Shown piece by piece: positions 20,220 through 29,053 of a DNA stretch of 51,536 nucleotides; position 1 is the stretch's first letter, and every line of letters starts with the position of its first letter. The notes beneath the pieces were generated by a model. That model did not search any database. It was not told where the DNA came from and saw only the letters and a list, made by a program, of their open reading frames with translations. Origin of the DNA: Nitrospirota bacterium (GTDB lineage: Bacteria; Nitrospirota; Thermodesulfovibrionia; UBA6902); assembly GCA_003354025.1 (NCBI GenBank), contig PIVU01000004.1, positions 1 through 51,536 of the forward strand, written 5' to 3'. Made by a program: the position numbers and the translations under genes.

Positions 20220-20918
20220 CTATGTTCTAATATCAAAATCATCTCTGAGAAAATCGGGGCTTAATCGAATTGCCTTATTTTCAATAATGCTGATTTCCTT
20301 GCTCTTCTGCAGTTTGTCAAGCACCCTTGTAACTGTTTCCCGGGTAAGTCCGGTCATGTCTGAAATATCCTGGTGAGTCAGTTTGATTTTCAGAACAATA
20401 CCTTCCGGAGTTTTCTCACCATACTCATCGCATAACATAAGAAGCAGCATTTTTGTTCTATGGGAAGCATTATTGAAATTCAATAACTGTATAGTGTCCC
20501 AGGACTGTCTCAAACGTGTGCAGAGAATCTTTAAAAGGTTTTCTACGACTTTATCCTGAGAAAAGAGTATTGAGAAAAAATCTGGCTGGGATATTATCGA
20601 TATCAGAGAATCTGATGTTGCTATGACCGATGCCGGAGTTGTTTTGCCGTCGATTAAGGACATTTCCCCGAAAAAGTTGCCCGACTGGTGCATGGCGAGA
20701 ATAATTTCTTTGCCGTCTTCTGTTGTGCGAACGACTTTAACTTTGCCGGATAGGATAAGGTACATGTACTTATTTGTATCAGCTTCATAAAGAATGGTCT
20801 CATTTTTTCTAAACTGCTTAACTACCATCCTTGTGATGATATTGTCGATACTCTTGCTGTCCAGCGAGGAGAATAATTGCGTTTTCTTCAGAAATTCATT
20901 TTTGTGGCTATCGTCCAT
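20220..20918 (-). CDS. Crp/Fnr family transcriptional regulator
   Basis: cNMP-like domain FFGEMSL; HTH LTHQDIS.MTGLTRETVTR. Confidence 0.93.
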   Translation of the reverse strand: MDDSHKNEFLKKTQLFSSLDSKSIDNIITRMVVKQFRKNETILYEADTNKYMYLILSGKVKVVRTTEDGKEIILAMHQSGNFFGEMSLIDGKTTPASVIATSDSLISIISQPDFFSILFSQDKVVENLLKILCTRLRQSWDTIQLLNFNNASHRTKMLLLMLCDEYGEKTPEGIVLKIKLTHQDISDMTGLTRETVTRVLDKLQKSKEISIIENKAIRLSPDFLRDDFDIRT

Positions 20919-21200
20919 TAAAAAAATATCCCCGGTAATTCATTGCCCGAATGCTGTAAGGGACTATATTTACAGACCGGATCAGGCGTTTTATTATGTA
21001 TATTATAGTAGATGATAACATAACTTTAAGTAATAATTATATATTTGAACTTGTTACATAGTATGGTGCAGAAAGGTGCTATAAAGGGTCATTATTGTTA
21101 AAATATGAAGAATGTTTTGTTTACGGGGATTGAGCGGGCTCAATATTTTGTATATCAAAGGTTGTTTTGAAGTATAATGCTATTTGTAAAATAAAACGCT

Positions 21201-23279
21201 TTGCAGGTAAGTTGGATGATATCATTAATAATTTCGATCGTTGCAGCCGGAACAGCCGTACTGGTAGCTTTTGCGGTTATATTTAAGCGTCATCACCTGA
21301 GGCTTAATGTTGCATTCTCCATAGGTCTTCTCGCAACAGCGGTTGTGATCATGGGTGATGCCATGGGTATGTATAACCCTGCATCTTTATTCCAAATGAA
21401 GAGGATTGTGTTTGTTGCCGAGTCTGTAATGGCACCTTCATGGCTTTTGTTTGCACTTAGCTTTGCCCGGCATACATTGAGCGGGTCAATCAATAAGCTG
21501 TCAAAAACCCTTGTTCTGGGCTCTCCTGTTTTAGTCATATTTTGCCTTGTAGTCCCCTTAGACTATTTTTATTATGTCCAGCTGATCGGAGAATCTAAAG
21601 TTCTTTATCTTAACTATGCCGGGTATACCTTTAAGTTGATTGTGCTCTTTTATTTGCTAATGTCAATTGTGAATATCGAGGCAACATTGAGATGCTCCTC
21701 CAACACAGAACGTGCGAAAATCAAAGAGACACTGATTGGAGTGGGGGGGATTGTGGCAATTAACATATTTTATTATAGCCACGCGCTTCTCTACCGCTAT
21801 ATTAATATGAATCTTGTTTCCGTTAAAGCAGGGATAATTCTGATTTCTGTTTTATTTATCGCCTATTCACTCCTGCGAAATAATGTGATGGATGTGCAGG
21901 TTGTTGTATCGAGAAGGGTCGTCTACAGGTCAATAAGTATTTTTGTTGTTGCTGTGTATCTTGTGGGCATAGGTATTCTCGGCAAAGGTATGATGTATGT
22001 AGATCCTCAAGTTGGAGAGAATATAACTATATTCCTTGCTTTTGTGGGAATGATAGCGATTGTAGCGGTAATCTTTTCAGAGCAGCTTAGAAGAAAAGCT
22101 GTTGTCATAATCAGTAAAAATTTTTACAGGCATAAGTATGATTATCGGGAACAGTGGCTGCGGTTTACCCAGCGTATATCCCTGAAACATTCATATGAAG
22201 GACTTCTGGGTTCAATAGCAGAGGGATTTAAGGACTCTATTGGTTCTGAAAGTGTTGCTATCTGGCTGGATGACAGGGGTAATGGAAAGTATGCTTGTGT
22301 AAAGGCGGTAGAGACAGGGGAAGGCAGCAGCAGGCCGAATAAAGAGCTTATTGATTTTTTAAAGGAAAAACAGTGGATACTATATATTCATGATCCTAAA
22401 TGTAATGAAACGGTTTTGAAAAGTGCGGACTTTATGGAGGAAAACAATGTTTGTCTAATAGTGCCTCTTCTGCATAGGGATAAACTTATAGGATTTATTA
22501 TATTGGGAGAAGCTCTGGCAAATGTTGAGTATAATTATGAAGACTATGATTTGCTGAAAACCCTTGCCAGGCAGGCCACGGCCTCTATTCTTAATGCCAG
22601 ACTGTCGGAAGAACTAATAGAGGCCAAAGAGATGGAGGCAATCGGAAAACTTTCCTCCTTCGTTATTCATGATCTTAAGAATGCGTCGTCAATGCTTACT
22701 ATGCTTGCTCAAAATGCAGAAGAGCACATTGAAAATCCGGATTTTCAAAAGGATGCTATTCGCGGCATTGCAAACACATCGGAGAAGATTAATAGAATAA
22801 CTATGAAGCTGAAGAATCTTCATCAGAAGACAAGTGTTAACCTGGAGTATCATGATTTGGGAATGTGTGTAAATAAAGCCGTAAGTGAATTTAGTTTAAA
22901 TGAAAATATAAAGCTGAATTATACAGAAAAGGAGACTGTTGAAACTAAGTTTGACATAGAGGAAATTCATAAAGTAGTTGTTAACCTTATAATGAATTCG
23001 CTGGATGCCATCGGGCACAAGGGCAGTATAGATGTTGTAGTGGGAAAGGAAAACAATATACCATTTATTAAGGTTTCAGATGACGGACCTGGCATGTCCA
23101 GGGAATATTTAGAAAGGGACCTTTTTAAGCCTTTTCATACTTCCAAGAAAAAGGGGTTGGGAATAGGGTTGTATCAGTGCAAAACTATAGTTGAAGATCA
23201 CTCTGGAAAGATCAGGGTGAATAGTGTTGAAGGGGAAGGCACTGACATAATAATATATCTGCCAAGTTATATTATTTAA
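21201..23279 (+). CDS. prsK: PEP-CTERM system histidine kinase PrsK
   Basis: multi-TM N-terminus, KNFYRHKYDYREQWLRFT, GAF, SFVIHDLKN, NPDFQKDA, GLGIGLYQ. Confidence 0.9.
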   Translation: MQVSWMISLIISIVAAGTAVLVAFAVIFKRHHLRLNVAFSIGLLATAVVIMGDAMGMYNPASLFQMKRIVFVAESVMAPSWLLFALSFARHTLSGSINKLSKTLVLGSPVLVIFCLVVPLDYFYYVQLIGESKVLYLNYAGYTFKLIVLFYLLMSIVNIEATLRCSSNTERAKIKETLIGVGGIVAINIFYYSHALLYRYINMNLVSVKAGIILISVLFIAYSLLRNNVMDVQVVVSRRVVYRSISIFVVAVYLVGIGILGKGMMYVDPQVGENITIFLAFVGMIAIVAVIFSEQLRRKAVVIISKNFYRHKYDYREQWLRFTQRISLKHSYEGLLGSIAEGFKDSIGSESVAIWLDDRGNGKYACVKAVETGEGSSRPNKELIDFLKEKQWILYIHDPKCNETVLKSADFMEENNVCLIVPLLHRDKLIGFIILGEALANVEYNYEDYDLLKTLARQATASILNARLSEELIEAKEMEAIGKLSSFVIHDLKNASSMLTMLAQNAEEHIENPDFQKDAIRGIANTSEKINRITMKLKNLHQKTSVNLEYHDLGMCVNKAVSEFSLNENIKLNYTEKETVETKFDIEEIHKVVVNLIMNSLDAIGHKGSIDVVVGKENNIPFIKVSDDGPGMSREYLERDLFKPFHTSKKKGLGIGLYQCKTIVEDHSGKIRVNSVEGEGTDIIIYLPSYII

Positions 23280-23487
23280 CTTAACGGTTGGCAGAGTATG
23301 TTTTTCAGAAAATAGAGGTATAATTGTCAGTAGACTGACCGGTTCAGAAAAGATATGTTAAAGATATTTATTGAAGTGCCGAATAGTAACTATTTAATAA
23401 CAGATCAAATAATTAATGTACTATATGTTTAATGCTGATAAATCATGTTCCCCTTAATGGGAAACCCATAGCCAGGAGGAGGATATT

Positions 23488-24312
23488 TTGACACAGGATG
23501 AAATGGAAAAATTGATGTCTATGAGTCTCGATGAAAAGATTGAATATTCAAAGAAAATAATTAAAGAAGCGATTGAAAACCACGGTGTGGAAAATATGGC
23601 TGTTGCATGGACAGGAGGCAAGGACAGCACGACAATGGTCTGGTTGTTCAGGGAGGCATGTAAAGAACTGGGAGTCCAGGTTCCCAAGTGCATGTTTATT
23701 GATGAAGGATATGTATTTGAAGAGATCTGGGACATATTTAATCAGCTTAAAGAAGAATGGGGCCTGGATGCACGAATAGCCAAGAATACTGATGTGAGCG
23801 ATAAGGCGGAGAAGGTCGGTGACATGGTAAAAGTCAGCAGCCTCAATGAGCGGAATAAGAGTGAAATTGAAGTGCTCGAGTTTGAGGATGAAGAGTTTCC
23901 TTTTGAGCCTGAATCATTTGTCGGTAATCACCTCATGAAGACGGTAGCCATGAATGTCTTCATGGAAGAGAATAATGTTAAGTCCCTTGCAACTGCCATC
24001 AGGTGGGACGAGCAGGAGGCAAGAATAGAAGAAGACTATTTTAGTCCGAGGAGAATTCCTCCCCATGAGCGTGTCCAGCCTATCTTGCATTTTACAGAGC
24101 GCGATATATGGAATTTTATGTTTAAGTATGAACTCCCTTTTTGTGTTTTGTACAAAGAAGGTTATCGCTCGCTGGGTGCAAAAGGATCCACCACTAAAAT
24201 GTCTGATATTCCGGCATGGGAACAGGACCTTGAAAATACCTATGAAAGAGCTGGGCGCGGTCAGGGCAAAGAAGAGATTATGGGCAAGCTCAGGGATTTA
24301 GGATATATGTAA
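23488..24312 (+). CDS. PAPS-reductase family / CysD-like adenine nucleotide alpha-hydrolase
   Basis: WTGGKDST PP-loop, IRWDE, RVQPILHFTE.DIW, GYRSLG, C-terminus ERAGR..LRDLGYM; TTG after GGAGG. Confidence 0.85.
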   Translation: MTQDEMEKLMSMSLDEKIEYSKKIIKEAIENHGVENMAVAWTGGKDSTTMVWLFREACKELGVQVPKCMFIDEGYVFEEIWDIFNQLKEEWGLDARIAKNTDVSDKAEKVGDMVKVSSLNERNKSEIEVLEFEDEEFPFEPESFVGNHLMKTVAMNVFMEENNVKSLATAIRWDEQEARIEEDYFSPRRIPPHERVQPILHFTERDIWNFMFKYELPFCVLYKEGYRSLGAKGSTTKMSDIPAWEQDLENTYERAGRGQGKEEIMGKLRDLGYM

Positions 24313-24452
24313 ACGATCCACTATGTAGCCTCATGACTATTTCTAAATCAGTTTTGGGTGCATCCTGTAGTGAATAACAGACAAGGTGTTAGTGTAAACC
24401 ATAAACGATTGATCATTATTGCTAATGCGTAAACATATGTGCAGATAGCTGC

Positions 24453-25874
24453 ATGATCAAAAATACGCAGTGCCAGACAATGGAAAATATCTTAATTATA
24501 GAAGACGATGCTGACATCCAGACTCAGATGAAATGGGGTTTGTCCAAAGATTACACTGTGCATCAGGCATATGACAGAATGTCTGCATTAAAACTGTTTC
24601 AGAAATATGAACCCAGGGTAGTGACCCTTGACCTCGGCTTGCCTCCTGAAGACGATAGTGCGATTGAGGGCTTTGCCTGTCTTCGAGAGATACTTAAAAA
24701 GGCTTATGGCACTCAGGTGATAATGGTGACGGGCAATAATGAAAGAGAAAATGCTTTGAAAGCCATACAAATGGGAGCCTATGATTACTTCCTGAAGCCA
24801 ATAGATATGAATGAATTGAAGGTAATCATAAAGAGAGCATTCCATCTGGCAGACATTGAATCGGAGAATAAGGACCTGCATAAAATTCTCAATAGAGAGG
24901 CGGGTTTCTGCGGAATGATCGGTCAGAGTATGGAGATGCAGAGCATTTTTTCTACTATTCAGAAAGTAGCTTCAACTGATGCCACAGTTGTTATTACGGG
25001 AGAAAGCGGCACCGGCAAGGAACTGGTTGCAAGAGCATTGCATGATAACAGTACAAGGAAGAATGGACCGTTCATCCCGATTAATTGTGGAGCTATTCCG
25101 GAAAATCTGCTTGAATCTGAGCTTTTCGGTCATGAAAAGGGTTCGTTTACCAATGCCTATGCCCAGCAGAATGGTAAGCTTGAATATTCAAATAAGGGAA
25201 CTCTGTTTCTTGACGAAATCGGGGAAATGTCTACAATGCTTCAGGCGAAACTGCTGAGGTTTTTGCAAGAGAAAAAGCTCCAAAGGATTGGGGGGCGGAC
25301 TGATATTGAAATTGATACCAGGGTTATTGCTGCGACTAATATTGATTTGCAGACTGCAATGAAGGAAAACAAATTCAGGGAAGATCTGTTTTTCAGGTTG
25401 AGTGTTATATCTATCGAGATTCCACCTTTGCGTGACAGGGATTTTGATCTGGAGCTTCTCTCCAAAGCGTTTCTGGAGCGAAACAGGGTGACGTTTAAAA
25501 GCAAGGCAACAGCTTTTAGCCGTGCCTCGATGGACGCAATTATGAATTACTCATGGCCTGGCAATGTAAGAGAGCTTGAAAACAAAATTCAGAAGGCTGT
25601 AATAACGACGGATGCTAACATTATTGAACCTGATGATCTTGGGCTGAGTGAAGAATCAAACACCCGGAGTTCTGGTGATCGGGTGGACCGCAGATACTAT
25701 GGAGTTACCCTGAAAGAAGCCCGCAAAAGACTCGAAGTAGATCTAATAAGCAGTGCAATTGAACGGAACAAAGGCAATATTAAGCGTGCATCAGAAGAGC
25801 TTGGCATCAGCCGCCCGACTCTTTATGATATGATTGAGAAATATAAGCTGTCAGTTAAAGACAGTCAAAAATAA
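24453..25874 (+). CDS. prsR: PEP-CTERM-box response regulator PrsR (sigma54 activator)
   Basis: TQMKWGL, VTLDLGLPP, GESGTGKE, WPGNVRELEN, LGISRPTLYD; near prsK. Confidence 0.88.
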   Translation: MIKNTQCQTMENILIIEDDADIQTQMKWGLSKDYTVHQAYDRMSALKLFQKYEPRVVTLDLGLPPEDDSAIEGFACLREILKKAYGTQVIMVTGNNERENALKAIQMGAYDYFLKPIDMNELKVIIKRAFHLADIESENKDLHKILNREAGFCGMIGQSMEMQSIFSTIQKVASTDATVVITGESGTGKELVARALHDNSTRKNGPFIPINCGAIPENLLESELFGHEKGSFTNAYAQQNGKLEYSNKGTLFLDEIGEMSTMLQAKLLRFLQEKKLQRIGGRTDIEIDTRVIAATNIDLQTAMKENKFREDLFFRLSVISIEIPPLRDRDFDLELLSKAFLERNRVTFKSKATAFSRASMDAIMNYSWPGNVRELENKIQKAVITTDANIIEPDDLGLSEESNTRSSGDRVDRRYYGVTLKEARKRLEVDLISSAIERNKGNIKRASEELGISRPTLYDMIEKYKLSVKDSQK

Positions 25875-26181
25875 TATCTGCTGCAGCATTGCAGTGGTCA
25901 CACTGCGTCAATTCCCTGCTTTTTCCATGATGCTTTAAACCGTTATTCTATAGACAAACAGATTAGATGTTATGAAGTGATGAAGGTGCAACAGTATGTT
26001 ATTTAAAGGAAAAATGTGGGGGCAAGTTGTGTAAAATAAACTTGCGCGCTTACGCATATATGTAAGCCTAATATGCAATATGAGAATTTCATATTTGATT
26101 GTTTGACTTATATATACTAATATGAAAGAACTACCCGTATATTTATCATTAAAACATGGTTTTATTAAACAGGGGCCTAAC

Positions 26182-26841
26182 ATGGTTACAAAAATATCAA
26201 AAATAGTTTTATTACTACCATTGGCAGTCATTATCGCATTGTCAATTGTTTGTTCAGCTAACGCCGGGACTCTTACTTTCGGCCTGGACATGGAATACAG
26301 CGGTGGAGTTGCGCCTAATGGTACTGCTCCGTGGATTACGGCAACCTTTATTGATGTAGGCCCTAACGTGCAATTGTCTATGAGTTCTTCAAATTTGACA
26401 GGCACTGAGAAAATTAAGGAATGGTATTTTAATTTTAACGATGATCTTGACCTGGCTTCCCTGAATATTAATCCAAACGATACATCAGCAGTAGGTTCTT
26501 CTTCTGTTACAAAGGATAAAAATAATTTGCAAGCGGACGGTGACGGAAAGTATGATTTTATGTTTGCTTTTTCAACTAGTGGGAATGTATTCTCCTCTGG
26601 AGAAACAGTTGTATATGACCTGGGTTATACTGGTGGCGGATCCTTTGATGTTTCATCCTTTAATTATTTGAGCAGCCCATCGGGAGGGCACGGGCCTTTT
26701 TATTCTGCTTCACACGTCCAGAATACGGGAGATGGAAGTGAAAGCGGGTGGATCGCAGTAGTCCCTGAGCCGATTAGTTCTACTCTGTTTATTGTAGGTT
26801 CAGCAGCATTAGGGTTTAGGCACTATCGCAGGAAAAAGTAA
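26182..26841 (+). CDS. PEP-CTERM sorting-domain protein
   Basis: signal peptide from ATG 26182; C-terminal VVPEPISSTL + TM + RHYRRKK. Confidence 0.9.
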   Translation: MVTKISKIVLLLPLAVIIALSIVCSANAGTLTFGLDMEYSGGVAPNGTAPWITATFIDVGPNVQLSMSSSNLTGTEKIKEWYFNFNDDLDLASLNINPNDTSAVGSSSVTKDKNNLQADGDGKYDFMFAFSTSGNVFSSGETVVYDLGYTGGGSFDVSSFNYLSSPSGGHGPFYSASHVQNTGDGSESGWIAVVPEPISSTLFIVGSAALGFRHYRRKK

Positions 26842-26871
26842 ATTTAGTATTCAATTATATAAAGTAATTTT

Positions 26872-26905
26872 CAGGGGGTCTGCAATGTCAGGCCCTCTTT
26901 TTTGT
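26872..26905 (+). terminator. intrinsic terminator
   Basis: AGGGGGTCTG..CAGGCCCTCT followed by a T-run. Confidence 0.65.
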
Positions 26906-27292
26906 TTCAGCAGATTGTTCCCTATAACTCAGTGAGATTTGTATTCTTTGAGATCTATTGACTGGTGAAGGTGTTTAGGAGTTCAAAGGCTTACGCTTTA
27001 GCATTGCTCAAAACAGCGATAGCGCGATCTGGCACACTATTATTGTGACACATCGCATGCCAGCTTCCGGTTTGATCAAATACAGGTGGTCTGGTGCTGG
27101 TTATAAATAAATGTATTGATATGGCCTGTTAAGCTGTGGTATTTTATTAAACGGTTCTTAAACAGTGAGTTTTTTTGAAGCTTTTAATCGCTGAAATATC
27201 ACCCTGAAGAAGCATGCTTTTCATTGATAAATGGTTGAGTGTCAATCCTGTTTTTCTCTGCTTCTGAGGGCACACATATATTATAAATACCA

Positions 27293-28246
27293 ATGCTGCT
27301 TGATGAAAATATAAAGTTAATTGTCAAAATGAAATTCGGCGCCCACCTCTACGGGACTGCAACGTCTGAATCCGACATAGATTACAAGGGTGTATTTCTT
27401 CCATTGAAAGAGCAGGTCCTCCTCGGCAGAATTCCAAAGAGTTACACATATACCAGCGGAACGGACAGGAGTAAGAATACTGCTGAGGATGTTGATTATG
27501 AATACTACTCATTGCACCATTTTATTAAACTTGCATGTGAGGGGCAAACGGTAGCAATGGACATGCTTCATGCCCCTGATAATATGATTTATGAAACATC
27601 AGACATATGGAATTCAATCGTAAAGAACCGGAATATGTTTTACACTAAAAACCTGAAGTCCTTTATTGAGTATGCCAGAAGACAGGCGAGCAAATACGGA
27701 ATTAAAGGCTCCCGTATTAATGCGGTACTGAAGGTCCTGGATGTGCTCAAGGAGGAGACTCGCGCCAAACGGCTTCGCGATATATGGGATATGCTGCCGC
27801 GAGCAGAGCATTGCTATGATCTGGGTGTAGATCCGAACGGAATGCGGCAATACCAGGTCTGCGGAAAAATATTCCAGGAGTCTGCAGGGATAGATTATGT
27901 CATTCCGATACTCGAGAAATTCTATGATGACTATGGAAGTCGTGCAAGGCTTGCGGCTGAAAATAAAGAAGTTGACTGGAAAGCAATTTCCCATGCATTC
28001 AGGGCAGCCTATCAAACAAAAGAGATACTAACAAAAGGGACTATAACATTCCCTCTTGAAAAAGCGCCCTTTCTTATTGAAGTCAAAAAGGGGGGGATGG
28101 ACTACCTGGCAGAAGTCGCTCCTGCTCTGGAGAGCCTCATGGAAGAAGTAGAGGAATTATCGCAAAAGAGCACTCTTCCCGGGCAAGTGGATACGGGATT
28201 CTGGGATACATTTATTTGTGATGTGCTGGAGAGGGAGTTGTTTTAA
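27293..28246 (+). CDS. DNA polymerase beta-superfamily nucleotidyltransferase (YcgL/RlaP-like)
   Basis: FGAHLYGT.T.ESDIDYKGVF (GS..DxD-type motif); DWKAISHAFR. Confidence 0.75.
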   Translation: MLLDENIKLIVKMKFGAHLYGTATSESDIDYKGVFLPLKEQVLLGRIPKSYTYTSGTDRSKNTAEDVDYEYYSLHHFIKLACEGQTVAMDMLHAPDNMIYETSDIWNSIVKNRNMFYTKNLKSFIEYARRQASKYGIKGSRINAVLKVLDVLKEETRAKRLRDIWDMLPRAEHCYDLGVDPNGMRQYQVCGKIFQESAGIDYVIPILEKFYDDYGSRARLAAENKEVDWKAISHAFRAAYQTKEILTKGTITFPLEKAPFLIEVKKGGMDYLAEVAPALESLMEEVEELSQKSTLPGQVDTGFWDTFICDVLERELF

Positions 28247-28394
28247 TTGCAAGGTTAATAATTACCGGTATTATCCTGTTCTGCATCTTCCTTCATATTC
28301 CTCTGTGTTCTTTATTAAGAGCTGTATTCTGTTACAAAAGTGTTACAATTTGTTTTTCGATAAAAATGTTTTCAATTGTATCTAAACAAGTAAT

Positions 28395-29006
28395 CTATAA
28401 ACTCATTAAATAATTAATCAGTGCTTTCATCTCTGCTGAATCCCATTCCCCGTAGCCTTTTGCCATGCCAATCAGCTTTCCGTCTCCTGTGATGAGAAAT
28501 TTTGCCGGATGGGACCGTATGCTATACAATGCGCTGACTGCTTTGTCTGAATCAAGCAGGTTGACGAATGAATAGCCGTGTTGTTCAATGAATGTTTGAA
28601 CAACTTCTTTATTCTCACCGACTGAAATAGCGATAAGTTCAAATTCATCATTCTTGAAATGTTGATGCAGGTTTTCCAGAGAAGGCAACTCCTTCTTGCA
28701 CCATCCTCACCATGTTGCCCAGAAACTAAGCAAAACAACTTTGCCCTGTTTGTGACTTAGCTTTACTTTATCTCCATCAATAGACATTAAAGTAAAATCT
28801 GGTGCCTGTTCAGGGGCAATTGCTTCATTCATCTTTGCTGATTTCATAAGATCGGTTATTTTGTTAAGCGTTACTGGAACACTGCGGTTTGTTACATCTG
28901 CTGATGCATTAACATGTGCTGCTGATACACCTAAGAAAATAACCAGCAGAATAATAAGAAGAAAAATATCGATGAAATATTTTCGCACTAAATTCTGTAT
29001 TTTCAT
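28395..29006 (-). CDS. selenocysteine-containing TlpA/redoxin family thiol-disulfide oxidoreductase
   Basis: ORFs 28707-29006 and 28395-28688 are in frame across TGA 28709-28707, giving FWATW-U-GWC-KKELPSL; SECIS-like hairpin follows. Confidence 0.88.
28677..28698 (-). other. bacterial SECIS-like hairpin
   Basis: CA-AGAAGG-[AGUUG]-CCUUCU-c-UG; loop begins 16 nt after UGA and contains GU. Confidence 0.75.
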
Positions 29007-29053
29007 GTATTCCTCGCTTTGGCTGATAGTGAATTGATCATTCTAATGGATTC

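Noticed and set aside
26917-26990. tRNA-like fragments (TCCCTATAACTCAGT ... GAGTTCAAA)
   Set aside because: No acceptor stem or cloverleaf can be built.
27029-27064. CTGGCA..TGCCAG inverted repeat with sigma54-like TGGCAC
   Set aside because: No correctly spaced GC at -12 on either strand, and the stem is short.
28330-28347. TGTTACA direct repeat with 11-bp spacing
   Set aside because: It lies between convergent 3' ends with no downstream gene, and is a single occurrence.
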